A DNA stretch of 64,000 bases from Minisyncoccia bacterium (GTDB lineage: Bacteria; Patescibacteriota; Minisyncoccia; Phycocordibacterales; UBA918): positions 265,226 to 329,225 of the forward strand of contig JBKJIT010000004.1 in assembly GCA_046598345.1 (NCBI GenBank), in the 5' to 3' direction. Positions 1-10,103 of the stretch are shown piece by piece. The translations under genes and the position numbers were made by a program. Below the pieces are notes generated by a model. That model saw only the letters and a list, made by a program, of their open reading frames with translations. It was not told the origin of the DNA and did not search any database. The number at the start of each line of letters is the position of its first letter. Positions within the stretch are counted from its first letter, which is position 1.

Positions 1-146
1 TGCCATATTTCACCCGGATTAATCGAAAGTTGGAACAAGGGTGGTGTAACACTGAGTATCTGACTTCCCTGAGCACTTACTTGGCTCTGCACTCCAAAAA
101 AGAGACAGAGTACTGGGGCAAAAATTCTAAACCATAGGGATGTCAT
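1..146 (-). CDS. 5' part of a DUF916/WxL-interacting-like exported protein (runs off the window edge; not in the ORF track)
   Basis: Hand translation gives MTSLWFRIFAPVLCLFFGVQSQVSAQGSQILSVTPPLFQLSINPGEIW: a signal peptide, then an 'SVTPP' start like 'QVAPL' (143..1168) and 'GITPP' (16717..17652). Its ATG overlaps the TGA of the upstream gene (ATGA at 143-146). Confidence 0.75.
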   Translation of the reverse strand, partial: MTSLWFRIFAPVLCLFFGVQSQVSAQGSQILSVTPPLFQLSINPGEIW

Positions 147-1168
147 TTTTTTGTGAGATCAATATCGTGATGAAGTGGATCCGAGTAGGTTGGCCTATGA
201 TGCAGGGGAAGGTGCTCTGAATCATCCACCATTTCTACATCAACATCAAAATACCGCTTATGGATATAGAGGGCCGAAATGATGACAAAGACTGCAACAA
301 CACCAAAAATCAGAAGTAGTGTTTTTAACGGTAGCACATAGAAAAAAGAGGTATCTTGCACGGAAGCCTGCTGGTTGTTCCCATACTCAACGTTTAGAAA
401 TGCTTTGTATTTTCCAAATAGGCCATGTACCGGTACTTCTGCGGTGAATTGATACTCTTCGCCCGGGGGAATGGCCTTCCCTTCAGCATTTACTGGAAGA
501 TTCCCCACCTCAGCACCCTTGCTGTTATAAAAAATGATCTCGCCTGAAGGAACGAGCACTTCGTCCCCGGGATTCTTTATCGTATAGAGTGCAGCTTGAT
601 TTTCACCGCCGGTGACAAACCTATCAATGATAAATCGTGAAAGTTTAAGGATTTCAAGCTTTTTATCATCGAGTGTTACTGTGAGGATTGTTCCTGGAGC
701 ACGTCCACTTGCCACCTGTGCTTCTGCTTCATCACGATTGCGTCCGTACCCAAATCCTACAAATGCATGGTACACCCCCGGTACGGGATTTGGGTTAATA
801 CGAAGCGTGAGATCCACCGTTTTACTTCCCCCAATAGGTAGATCAATGCCCATTCGACTGATTTCAATCCAGGATGTAAGCGATACCGTACGATCACTGT
901 CGACTGGAGAAAAGAATTTCTGGATAGTACCTCCGGCGTCAATTGAAATATTGTTGACCGAGGGGTACACGGTGACTGGTTGATCGCCGTTGTTTGTGAT
1001 TGTAATTACTTTCGAAATAATGTCACGAGCCTCCACTTCCGCGTCTATGACGAGTGGTGCTACCTGGTATGAAACATTGGCAAATGAAACGCTGGGCAAA
1101 AGGCTGAGAAACACGAGTGCCGTCCCAAATATGAATCCATGTGTGACTGATGCGTATCGTGTTTTCAT
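143..1168 (-). CDS. DUF916/DUF3324-like (WxL-interacting, PapD-like Ig folds) membrane-anchored surface protein
   Basis: Signal peptide; 'VAPLVID...ITITNNGDQPVTVYP', 'PGVYHA', 'KNPG..LVPSGEI', 'FGKYKAFLNVEYG'; C-terminal TM. ATG at 1168 sits 1 nt after the upstream stop (track start 1186). Confidence 0.7.
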   Translation of the reverse strand: MKTRYASVTHGFIFGTALVFLSLLPSVSFANVSYQVAPLVIDAEVEARDIISKVITITNNGDQPVTVYPSVNNISIDAGGTIQKFFSPVDSDRTVSLTSWIEISRMGIDLPIGGSKTVDLTLRINPNPVPGVYHAFVGFGYGRNRDEAEAQVASGRAPGTILTVTLDDKKLEILKLSRFIIDRFVTGGENQAALYTIKNPGDEVLVPSGEIIFYNSKGAEVGNLPVNAEGKAIPPGEEYQFTAEVPVHGLFGKYKAFLNVEYGNNQQASVQDTSFFYVLPLKTLLLIFGVVAVFVIISALYIHKRYFDVDVEMVDDSEHLPLHHRPTYSDPLHHDIDLTKK

Positions 1169-1169
1169 T

Positions 1170-4100
1170 TTAGAAAATTGGAACAATAATATACCTGATG
1201 CTCGTGCCGTACGAACCCGCCTCTTGCATTTGTCTCGCTTTAATTTTGAATACCATGTCAGTAGTTTCGTTCGTCACTGGAGCAGAGCTGTAAATAATTT
1301 CATCAAGCGTAGTGGTGCTGAGGCGCGCGTATGTATCAATCGCTGAAAAACGAGTTGAGCCACCTAAGAGTGTATCATCTCCCGCATGGTAGCCCACACA
1401 CCCTGAAAATCCTGCCTCACAGCCTGTATTCCAAGAGACGGGTGTGCCATTGGTCCCCGTAATCGGTGCAATAGTGTCGGCCGAACCACTTATAAAATCA
1501 CTATTAGTGAGCATGAAGATTTGATATCCTTCGGTTGCATTTGTTGAAACCATAAGGCGTTGTGCAGCCTCAATATCGCTATTAACAGGAAGTGAACCGA
1601 ATGGAATGCTTGTCGTACCAGAAGTTATATCCGTGGTAATACCTTCAACTGATGAGCCTGCGGTCACCCCCTGAATCGTAAAGAACAAAGAAGCACCTTC
1701 AGTAACAAGTGACGGATAGGATTCCCCTGTATTTTTTAGAACCGGTGCATCTTCTACTACGTCATATAAACGGAAATAATAGACACGATTAACACGTGGC
1801 GCAGCAGCTTGAATCGTAAATGAATATTCTGCAGCTGCACTATTTTCATGTCGAAATCCGGTTAAGACTCTTGAGGATTCATTATGCGTCCCACACCCGT
1901 TCCCCACACTCGTGACGCAACTGTCGGCATCAGAGAGCGTTGCGGTAGTAATCTTAACGTTATCGACAGCTCCTCCGTTTGCATAGCACCAGGTCGAAGT
2001 GGCTATGCAGGTCGAGGATGCAACAAGATCAGTTGATGTTGAAAAATCAGCATACTCTGAATACTGGAGCTTAAACCTTGCATTCGCTTCTGCAATGTTC
2101 TTAGTTTCTTTCACCGTTACTCTGAGCGTCAGTGCTTGCGTAATAGTGATATCAATTGGAGAGACATTTTCAAGAGCAAGGTCATCTGTAGGTGTCTCAT
2201 TCTGTTCATCATCATACCACCTCCAATTCTGTGTCTTTGGTGAAAAGCTCGCCGTGAGAAGTTGTGGATACGGGCCATACTCATCAAGTGGTGTATTATC
2301 TGACTCAACCATGCGAAAACAGTAGTACGTTTCGGCACTCGCACCATTTTGCTCAATCATCCAATCAAACTCCATTGCTTCTCCCACAGGAAGTGCGTAT
2401 GTATTCACCGCTGTATCGTTTTCTTCTTCGAGCGTTCCTGCGACATCTGACCCTGAAGGTAAATTAAGATCCCCGGGAGTCGGCGGGTCACCCGAGAGTA
2501 ATGTTCCATCGGTGGTGCCGGTAGCATTGTAGCCTCTCCATATAGTGCTCGATGCAGCGTCCCCAAGCGTAATCCAACTGCCTTCACTGATTGCTGTACA
2601 GGTTGAAATCATCTGCCCGTACTGGAGTCTAAATGACTTCGTGCCAGCAGGAAATGTCGCATTCTGTGCTTGAATAGACATGCGAATTCGAATATGCTCG
2701 CCTTCTCCGAGCGGTTCATCAGTCGTACCCAGTACGCCATCCTCTGCAAGATCTGTCCCTCCTGGTGGCCACACATCCGTCGGATCAAGTGCATTGTTAT
2801 CAACAAAGAACTGGAAGTGATGTTGACGAAGAGCAAGTCCAGCCGTAGGCCACTCCACAATCTCTGTACGATATGTCAGGTTTGCTCCTGTGTTACTTCT
2901 CCATAATTCATAGTGTGTCGTTGAAGCGATCGTAGCTCCCGCAATCGGTCGAGGGTAGTTTGTGGCTGTTCCAGCACTTCTTGAGTTAGCAAAAATTGAT
3001 GCATTCGAAATGTCAGTGAGCGTTTTTCCAATTGACACACTGATGGTTAGCGGAGCAGTACCTGCATTTGAACTTCCTGAAGAACGAGTTACATCCATTG
3101 CACCCGACGAGGTTTGAATATTCTCAATAATCCACGCAACGGAGGTTTGACCAGAAGGGGTGGTTGCCCCCGATTCCAAAAAATAAGAAACAAAGCCGAT
3201 ACTTGAAAGCCAGACCTCATGTCCAAACTCGTCTACACCGGTGAGGCCCGTGATAATTCTTTTTTGTGTATGAATAAATGTACGTGAAAGACTGCCAACT
3301 GCAGTGATTGCTTCCGTTTCCGCTGTACCTGCTGCGGTGTACGTATGCTCACTTCGTTGAGTAATCCAATTAGGACCTGTAAATTCAACGACTGCATAAC
3401 TAACGATTGTAGCGTCACTACCCGCAACGCCACGAGTGAAAACGGGTACATTACCAACTGCTCCCCATGCTGAAGTTGACTGTCCCGAATTGTAATTGGT
3501 AGCAGCGATATCCGGGTCCATTTGACCTGTAATAAATACCACAACATCACTATCGTCGCTTACTGTTGCGGTTGTGCCTGTTGCAGTTGTGGCTGTTGTA
3601 CCATACGCAAGAGAAGTTTGACTTCGGACAATCATTTCATTATCTGACCCAACTTCTCCAATAAATTCAACTATTTCCCAAGAAACACGTGAGTTACCGG
3701 TTGCTGTTGATGCTCTGTTTAGAGTTACCGACGTCATAATATTAGAAGGGTTTGAAATATATGCTGTCACATCGTCTGCATTCTGTGTGGCCCCCGCTAA
3801 TGTGCTACCTGCCCCCGTATGATGAGTATTTGTAATGCGCATAAATGCGCTTGTGGAAGCACTTGGCGCAGTATAATCGACTCCGGCCGTGAGAGTAAGC
3901 GAAGTTCCCGTAATGGTGGCCGTTCCTCGTTGAATTTCAAAATCACGATCAGGAGAGGTGGTAAGCTCTGGATACACAGTATAGGCATTAAGTTCAACTT
4001 GAGTTGTGACGAGCCTAAAACAGTACGTGATATCAAAGCCAGCGTTCGCAGTTTGTATAATTGAATGTTCAGTTTCAATATATTGCGTAGAGGTAAGCGT

Positions 4101-7100
4101 TGTCGTCGCTACTGTTGCAGAGGTTTCCTTGACAGCACTATTGGGAGTTAGAAAAGTTACGTTTTCATCAGTGACTCCTCCTGTTGCTACAGCAATATTT
4201 GTAGTGTCATTAGCTTCAGTAAGATTTGTAGAATTAAACATATCCCAGGCACCTCCAGTATCTCCGACATTGATCCATGCACTTACGGCGCCACAGGTAG
4301 TGATTTTAGCTCCATACTCAAGTGTTAAAGCTCGTGAAGCTGAAGTGACTGATCCTTCATTTGAAACTTGCATACGAAGGCGAACTGGAGTTGTCTCTGC
4401 AACATTTAAAATTGGAGTATCCTCAAGCCCTCCAGAAAGGGATGTGGCAGCCGCCTCATTACCATTATCATTTCTCCAGTGGTAATGGGTTTGTGTAAGG
4501 ACAGCACCGGCAAAAGTTGTACTTCCAGTGATATCACGTGTAATTGCCGGACTCACAGAGCCCCCTCCCGATACAACAAGATTTGTCGAAGGGCTTTGCA
4601 TAATTATATTGACCACTTCGCCATTTTGAGCGGTCGCTGTCGAATCAAGCACAGTGTAAACGCACATGGTCGCCGTAGTCGTTATACCAACCGATCCGGT
4701 AAACGTGGACGTGCCATTTGCCCCTGAAAAGCCACCAGTAGTTGTTGCCCCGAATTGAGGTTCATTTCCACCATATGATTCGCTCGAACAATCATAGGGT
4801 AACGTTGTATCAAGGTCATACTTGAGTCTAATATTACTCAGATCATTTTGTGCATCAATAGTGCCATCTTCAGCAATAGTTATGCTTGTCACATTACGCG
4901 AACCAATGTTATTTGTAACAACAAAGGCTCCTCCAACATAGAAATTTGTTGCGGGTAAATTAGTTGTTGAAATCTGAGTACCTGTTGCAGTAACAAGAAC
5001 GTCTGCAGCGATATTCGCACGCGGGATTTGATCATAGGCAAAAAGAGGATTTCCCTTATCAGTCACTCTAAAACAGTAGGTGTTTCCCTCTGCCGCACTT
5101 GTTGAAGCCATGAGTGAATACTCGAGTTCGACGTATTGAGTAGTCGTGAGTAAGATATTTGCTGTTTGTGATGATGTGTCCTTCACGGCGCCGTTCGGAC
5201 TGAGGAAAGTGGTGTTCTCGTCAGTGACGGCGCCGTTTGCTCCGAGAGCCACGTTAGTCGTATCTGCTCCATCAGTAAGGTTTGTTGTGTTGTACATATC
5301 AAATTCTCCGTTTGCTGCGCCCACGTCTGTCCAGCCTGTTGCGGCGCTACAAGCACCTGTTGTCTGTGCATACTCAAGTCGGTACTGCATTGCAGGGGTT
5401 GAGCTTCCCCCTTCATTTGAAACTTCCATACGGAGGCGTGCGGGAACTCCCTGTTGGAGAGCGGTGAGAGATGTGTCTTCATTTCCTCCTGTTTTTGAAG
5501 TTGCAGTGGTTTCTGTACCGTCATCATTTCTCCAGTGATAATGGGCTAAAGTTGGAATGTCATTGAGTACCGTCGTCGCTCCACTAATGCTTTGTGTGGT
5601 TGCAGGTCCTGCCGTACCACCCGTCACGGTTACATCGGAGGCAGGATTAGCAATTTCAATTTCAATTGTTGCATTGTTTGCCGTCGTATCAAGAATAGTG
5701 AGAACAGGATACAGACATAACGAAGTCGTAGTACTAACATTCACAGTCGTACCCGAAAATGAAGACACTCCATTTGCTCCAGAAAACCCATTGGTGTCAG
5801 TTGAACCAAATTGGGCTTCAGAACCACCATAGGATTCACTTGCACAATTATATGGTGCTGTAACATCAGTTTCATAGAACAATTTTATATTTGAAATATT
5901 AGTTGAACCATCAATAGTTCCACTTTCACTAATAGTAACTCCCGTTACATCAAGTGGTTTGTAGGTATTGTAAAGTAAAAATTTTCCACCCACGTAGAAA
6001 TTTGATGTACTCGCATTTGCTGTTGCTATCTGGGTTCCTGCTCCAGACGCATGCACTCCAGGAAATATGTCAGCAATCGTGTCTCCATAGATATCATCAT
6101 CAGTATTATCAAAATATGACACATACATGCGTTGGTCGCTTTGCAGATTAAGGTCTACTCCGTACAGATCATCCTGGCTTGTATTGACGGGCAAGCTTTC
6201 AGTACTCCAGTTCATCATAGAGCTTGTTGCCCATTTCCAATAGACATTTGCAGAACCAACTGTTCCAGCAACCGTACGCCCTGTGTATGCCACATACACA
6301 TCATCATTGGCCGCATCAAGTCCAATCGAAACATTTGTCATACCCATTGTAGTAGAAGCAGTTACGTTTGCACCGGCCGTCCAAGCATTTCCGCTGTAGC
6401 GTGCTGTTCGAATTTGGTCGTTTGTACCAAGCGTATCGTTTGTCGCTATGTATGCAAGGTGAACAGTGCTTGTTCCCGTCGTTGAACTCACTGACGCTGC
6501 CATCCCAATATCATACGTCGTGTTATCTGCCGCTGTACCGTCAATAATAGTCCATGCGGCAGACCATGCAGTATTATCCCAAATCTTTGAGCGAATATCA
6601 TCTAATGATATATCTCGGTCAATAACCATTATGTTGCCTCCCAGAAGTGGTACGAGAATATCATAGTCGTTTGCTGCATCGAGTGGAGTTGCTCCTGTCT
6701 CAGTCCAGCTTCCTGCGAGGTTGCAATTTATCGTACATTCAACAACATATGAGTCACCAGCATCATTTGATACAGCATAAATAGTCCCATCCGTGCCCCT
6801 TGTAATAGAAATAGCATTTGTACCAACTGTTGGTGCGTCAATTGTGCCACCTTGCGCTGTATTAGAAACCATACTCACCGGTGCTGTACCCATAAGCAGC
6901 GAATCACCTGAAGTATCAAGTCTATTATAGAAAATGTCATCAGCACTCGTATCGAGTGTTGCTATATGAATGCTTGAACTGGCAGCAGCCATTCCAGGAG
7001 TCCACTTGTCATACCACACCTGGATCTGAACGCAGTCAGTCTGCGCATCAACTGTTGTGGTCGACGACCACGAGGACCCTCCATTTGTTGTCTTTCGATA

Positions 7101-7367
7101 CACACATGAGCCGTTAAAATCGCGAAAAAACTTATACCCTGTCTGGTCGTCGGTAAACACTGTTTGCGAGCCCGCCCGAAGATGAGAAGTTCCTAATGAT
7201 TGAGCATCCGCATCAATCGATACCTGGGCTGCTTCTGCAGTAGGTATGGAAAATTGTAAGGTAACGATGGATTCAAGTGGGAAGCAAAAAAAATACACAA
7301 TGAGAACCATCGCAAAAAATCTGCACCCTTTTTCGAGCCTTTTAAAACCTCCGGACATCCCCTTCAT
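1170..7367 (-). CDS. Large (~2065 aa) exported S/T-rich adhesin-like protein with repeated HY/WRND domains and a C-terminal WxL/pilin-like domain (family I)
   Basis: Long ORF with an N-terminal hydrophobic segment, a BNR-like 'KTTNGGSSWS' propeller region and internal duplications. The C-terminal ~175 aa are homologous to the C-terminus of 13902..15047. Start uncertain (7367 chosen; track 7445 overlaps the upstream gene). Confidence 0.8.
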   Translation of the reverse strand: MKGMSGGFKRLEKGCRFFAMVLIVYFFCFPLESIVTLQFSIPTAEAAQVSIDADAQSLGTSHLRAGSQTVFTDDQTGYKFFRDFNGSCVYRKTTNGGSSWSSTTTVDAQTDCVQIQVWYDKWTPGMAAASSSIHIATLDTSADDIFYNRLDTSGDSLLMGTAPVSMVSNTAQGGTIDAPTVGTNAISITRGTDGTIYAVSNDAGDSYVVECTINCNLAGSWTETGATPLDAANDYDILVPLLGGNIMVIDRDISLDDIRSKIWDNTAWSAAWTIIDGTAADNTTYDIGMAASVSSTTGTSTVHLAYIATNDTLGTNDQIRTARYSGNAWTAGANVTASTTMGMTNVSIGLDAANDDVYVAYTGRTVAGTVGSANVYWKWATSSMMNWSTESLPVNTSQDDLYGVDLNLQSDQRMYVSYFDNTDDDIYGDTIADIFPGVHASGAGTQIATANASTSNFYVGGKFLLYNTYKPLDVTGVTISESGTIDGSTNISNIKLFYETDVTAPYNCASESYGGSEAQFGSTDTNGFSGANGVSSFSGTTVNVSTTTSLCLYPVLTILDTTANNATIEIEIANPASDVTVTGGTAGPATTQSISGATTVLNDIPTLAHYHWRNDDGTETTATSKTGGNEDTSLTALQQGVPARLRMEVSNEGGSSTPAMQYRLEYAQTTGACSAATGWTDVGAANGEFDMYNTTNLTDGADTTNVALGANGAVTDENTTFLSPNGAVKDTSSQTANILLTTTQYVELEYSLMASTSAAEGNTYCFRVTDKGNPLFAYDQIPRANIAADVLVTATGTQISTTNLPATNFYVGGAFVVTNNIGSRNVTSITIAEDGTIDAQNDLSNIRLKYDLDTTLPYDCSSESYGGNEPQFGATTTGGFSGANGTSTFTGSVGITTTATMCVYTVLDSTATAQNGEVVNIIMQSPSTNLVVSGGGSVSPAITRDITGSTTFAGAVLTQTHYHWRNDNGNEAAATSLSGGLEDTPILNVAETTPVRLRMQVSNEGSVTSASRALTLEYGAKITTCGAVSAWINVGDTGGAWDMFNSTNLTEANDTTNIAVATGGVTDENVTFLTPNSAVKETSATVATTTLTSTQYIETEHSIIQTANAGFDITYCFRLVTTQVELNAYTVYPELTTSPDRDFEIQRGTATITGTSLTLTAGVDYTAPSASTSAFMRITNTHHTGAGSTLAGATQNADDVTAYISNPSNIMTSVTLNRASTATGNSRVSWEIVEFIGEVGSDNEMIVRSQTSLAYGTTATTATGTTATVSDDSDVVVFITGQMDPDIAATNYNSGQSTSAWGAVGNVPVFTRGVAGSDATIVSYAVVEFTGPNWITQRSEHTYTAAGTAETEAITAVGSLSRTFIHTQKRIITGLTGVDEFGHEVWLSSIGFVSYFLESGATTPSGQTSVAWIIENIQTSSGAMDVTRSSGSSNAGTAPLTISVSIGKTLTDISNASIFANSRSAGTATNYPRPIAGATIASTTHYELWRSNTGANLTYRTEIVEWPTAGLALRQHHFQFFVDNNALDPTDVWPPGGTDLAEDGVLGTTDEPLGEGEHIRIRMSIQAQNATFPAGTKSFRLQYGQMISTCTAISEGSWITLGDAASSTIWRGYNATGTTDGTLLSGDPPTPGDLNLPSGSDVAGTLEEENDTAVNTYALPVGEAMEFDWMIEQNGASAETYYCFRMVESDNTPLDEYGPYPQLLTASFSPKTQNWRWYDDEQNETPTDDLALENVSPIDITITQALTLRVTVKETKNIAEANARFKLQYSEYADFSTSTDLVASSTCIATSTWCYANGGAVDNVKITTATLSDADSCVTSVGNGCGTHNESSRVLTGFRHENSAAAEYSFTIQAAAPRVNRVYYFRLYDVVEDAPVLKNTGESYPSLVTEGASLFFTIQGVTAGSSVEGITTDITSGTTSIPFGSLPVNSDIEAAQRLMVSTNATEGYQIFMLTNSDFISGSADTIAPITGTNGTPVSWNTGCEAGFSGCVGYHAGDDTLLGGSTRFSAIDTYARLSTTTLDEIIYSSAPVTNETTDMVFKIKARQMQEAGSYGTSIRYIIVPIF

Positions 7368-7377
7368 TATCGCGCAC

Positions 7378-9135
7378 TTATGTAGACGAAGCGACGTCTT
7401 CCTGTGAATCCAGTGTTTCTTCACCGCTAGGAATAAAGGGAGCAATTATAAGATCTGGATGTAATACTTGGATACTAGATTCTAAATCCGGAATGATTAG
7501 ATCCTGAATGAGCGATACATCAGGTTGGTCATCCAAGATAAGCTCCGGTGTGGTTGTACCTGGAGTAAAGGGTAAGATAACAACATCCTCTCCCATAGTT
7601 GCTTCTGGTGTCGTAGTTCCGACCTGTGGCTCGGGCTCCGGGCCGGTGTTTGAATCGTTATTCGAATCAGTATCACTTCGCGGCTTAGGTTGCGTAAGTT
7701 GATTTACAAGCGCACGGTCTTCTCCGGTCTGGTCGGGATCTGGAATATTGTCTGGAGTTGCTCCTGGCTTCGACGAAAGTGGTACAACTTCACCACTTTC
7801 GAGGTCATACCCCTTTGTTTCAACATCTCCATTTTGAAGTTTTGTGTCATAAATGAGCACAAATCTTGGATTATCAACTGATGCACCCTCAGAGTCAGCA
7901 ATCGTATCTACCTGTTTCGTCAGTCGATCGTACACTTTCACACGCCATGCACCATCTTCAAAAGATTGCCACATGATGTAGTTCCCGTTTATCCTAGGCG
8001 ATATATCATGAGTGTTATTATCCGTGATCATTGAAAGTTCACCATCTTCTTCGAGCATAATCTCCCAATCATTTCCAACCCATCCCTGCCAGACGATAAT
8101 GTCTCCAAAGCGAGAGGGCTGCATATTATTGTACCGATCCTGGGTTAATTGACGTTCTTCTTCTTTGTCTACATCGTAGGACATAATTTGATACCGCTCA
8201 TCAATGAGTCGGTGCCATACGATTGATTCTGACAGCTCGTCATAGACTGGTGCATCATCATCTACTTGATTTGAAGTGATTTGAGTTAACTCGCCTTTCC
8301 GCTCAACATATATTTCCCTGTCTCCTTCTACGTCAATTGCAGAAAAAACCCTTTCCGTTCCATCCACTGTCGCTAGACTTGCATCAGTTGAACAATAAAA
8401 CGAGTTGTCGCTCATGCTTACACACTCATCTTTTGAAAACATGAATTTGTTTTCATCATTAAAAAGCGTATTGACGGAGACCGTGTCTAGCGTTGAGGTA
8501 GCAATCAACTCAGTTGATGTTGCCTCGGAAGGTAAGTCTGGCAAGAAGTCTGTCTCAGTATTAGTATCAGGGTCAGGGTCTGTCTCAGGAATAATATCGG
8601 TTTCCACCTGATCAGGGAAAACATCATTAGGTGGCGCGACTTCTGGTGTAGATGAGGGTTCAACTTCAGGAATTGGCAACACCCCTGTTGGTATAGGTAG
8701 TTCTGTAGTATCAGATTCATCAGAAGTTTCTGCTGTGGTATCTACAACCACTACTCCATCACTTTCAGCTGGGATAGATACAGATTCAGGTAGATTTTCT
8801 CCCTCCGCATCAGATGACGATGTATCAGTTACATCTTCATTTTCTGGTAACGCATTTGGTACCTCATTTTCGAGTTCAATTTCCATAACTGGCTCTTCTA
8901 CAGTATCTAGAGAATTATTACCTTCATCAGTAACTGCTTCTGATTCAGCGGCAGTATCGATCATTGCTCCATCTTGCTCCTCAGAAGCAAAAACTGGGCT
9001 GAGCGGCAAAAGTGCGAGCGTCAGAAGCGCAGCAGACGCACAGAGTTTCCAAAATATATTCAAAAAACCACTGTGCACAAAAACGTGTGCATGTGCATGT
9101 GTATGTGCCGTTGTATGTTCCCTATATCTGCTCAT
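7378..9135 (-). CDS. Exported protein: acidic low-complexity stalk plus TolB-like beta-propeller repeats
   Basis: Signal peptide ending 'PVFA'; D/E/P/T-rich linker; repeats 'QITSNQVDDDAP..IVW', 'QLTQDRYNNMQP..IVWQ', 'ITDNNTHDISP..IMWQ'. ATG at 9135 (alternative GTG at 9174). Confidence 0.7.
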   Translation of the reverse strand: MSRYREHTTAHTHAHAHVFVHSGFLNIFWKLCASAALLTLALLPLSPVFASEEQDGAMIDTAAESEAVTDEGNNSLDTVEEPVMEIELENEVPNALPENEDVTDTSSSDAEGENLPESVSIPAESDGVVVVDTTAETSDESDTTELPIPTGVLPIPEVEPSSTPEVAPPNDVFPDQVETDIIPETDPDPDTNTETDFLPDLPSEATSTELIATSTLDTVSVNTLFNDENKFMFSKDECVSMSDNSFYCSTDASLATVDGTERVFSAIDVEGDREIYVERKGELTQITSNQVDDDAPVYDELSESIVWHRLIDERYQIMSYDVDKEEERQLTQDRYNNMQPSRFGDIIVWQGWVGNDWEIMLEEDGELSMITDNNTHDISPRINGNYIMWQSFEDGAWRVKVYDRLTKQVDTIADSEGASVDNPRFVLIYDTKLQNGDVETKGYDLESGEVVPLSSKPGATPDNIPDPDQTGEDRALVNQLTQPKPRSDTDSNNDSNTGPEPEPQVGTTTPEATMGEDVVILPFTPGTTTPELILDDQPDVSLIQDLIIPDLESSIQVLHPDLIIAPFIPSGEETLDSQEDVASST

Positions 9136-9360
9136 ACGTACAAGTGAATAAGGTACTTTTAACCCATTCTGCACCCATTACTCCCTTGTACCTTTATCCT
9201 ACCAATATCTACAGTGCTTTCCCCAGCCTTATCAACAGTAATTGTACGGTTATCCTCAGTATGCAGCAATGACAGTACGTCCTAAATTAAGGTGGATATG
9301 CTGATGAAATCAGACCTAAATTGGCGCACTTCCAAGTAATCCAGCAATGGAGGGTGTTTG

Positions 9361-10101
9361 CTATTTAAAGAAAGAATCTGCAAGTAAGATTGAAAAGTCT
9401 CTAAAACTCATTTTTCCATCCCCATTAAAATCAAAAGTTTTACCTTTCGTAAACCAGGCGGCCATGAACGCAGAGATGTCACGCAGATCAACCTTCCCAT
9501 CCCCATCAAGATCTGTAACGATTCCTATTCTAGCCTCTCCTTCTAGCTTACCTAGGGTACTTGGGGAAATGGACACACGAGTTTCTTGAGAACCAATATC
9601 ATTTACATCTACCAAAGTTCCTTTCCCATCTCCCGCAATAAAAGTCGCTGAATCCATTATCACGTGAGCAAGCCCTCCGGCTCGCGCCTTAGCCTGAATG
9701 CGCACAATAGGATGCTCACCCACAAAACCGCGTCTAAACGTTCCCCCGCGCAGATAAATCTTTCCATTCTTCGCATAAGGGGGTTCTGTCCAGAGTGTTA
9801 TAACTGACGTCCCTGTATCAATACTCTCAATTGTAAGCTGTGATTCTGGATACGTGATGACCAAATCCACTGCGTTCACCGGCACATGCGCTGTCGCACG
9901 GACATCAATATAAATCTGCTCACCTTCCTTCACTGTCGAAGGAGTGGTAGTAATCGAAATGTACGAACCCTGATTAACTGCAACTGATGCGACTCCAGCA
10001 AAGATGGCCGCAAACAGAACGACCGGAAACGCATATCGCACCGTCTTATTTTCATGAAGCGGGTATGCGGGAAACAAGATTTTCCACAAGCTTCGAAACA
10101 T
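9361..10101 (-). CDS. Cohesin + dockerin fusion protein with an N-terminal TM/signal
   Basis: Cohesin-like 'GEQIYIDV..PVNAVDLVITYP..LTIESID..SVITLWTEPP'. Two C-terminal Ca-binding dockerin loops: DLDGDGKVDLRD and DFNGDGKMSFRD. Confidence 0.8.
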   Translation of the reverse strand: MFRSLWKILFPAYPLHENKTVRYAFPVVLFAAIFAGVASVAVNQGSYISITTTPSTVKEGEQIYIDVRATAHVPVNAVDLVITYPESQLTIESIDTGTSVITLWTEPPYAKNGKIYLRGGTFRRGFVGEHPIVRIQAKARAGGLAHVIMDSATFIAGDGKGTLVDVNDIGSQETRVSISPSTLGKLEGEARIGIVTDLDGDGKVDLRDISAFMAAWFTKGKTFDFNGDGKMSFRDFSILLADSFFK

Positions 10102-10103
10102 AG

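Noticed and set aside
9083-9120. HTHAHAH metal-binding motif at the N-terminus of 7378..9135
   Set aside because: It arises from a low-complexity TGCATG-like tract before the signal peptide and depends on an uncertain start.
9190-9300. Replication origin
   Set aside because: Only degenerate boxes, no adjacent dnaA/dnaN or clear AT-rich unwinding element, and gene orientation does not switch.
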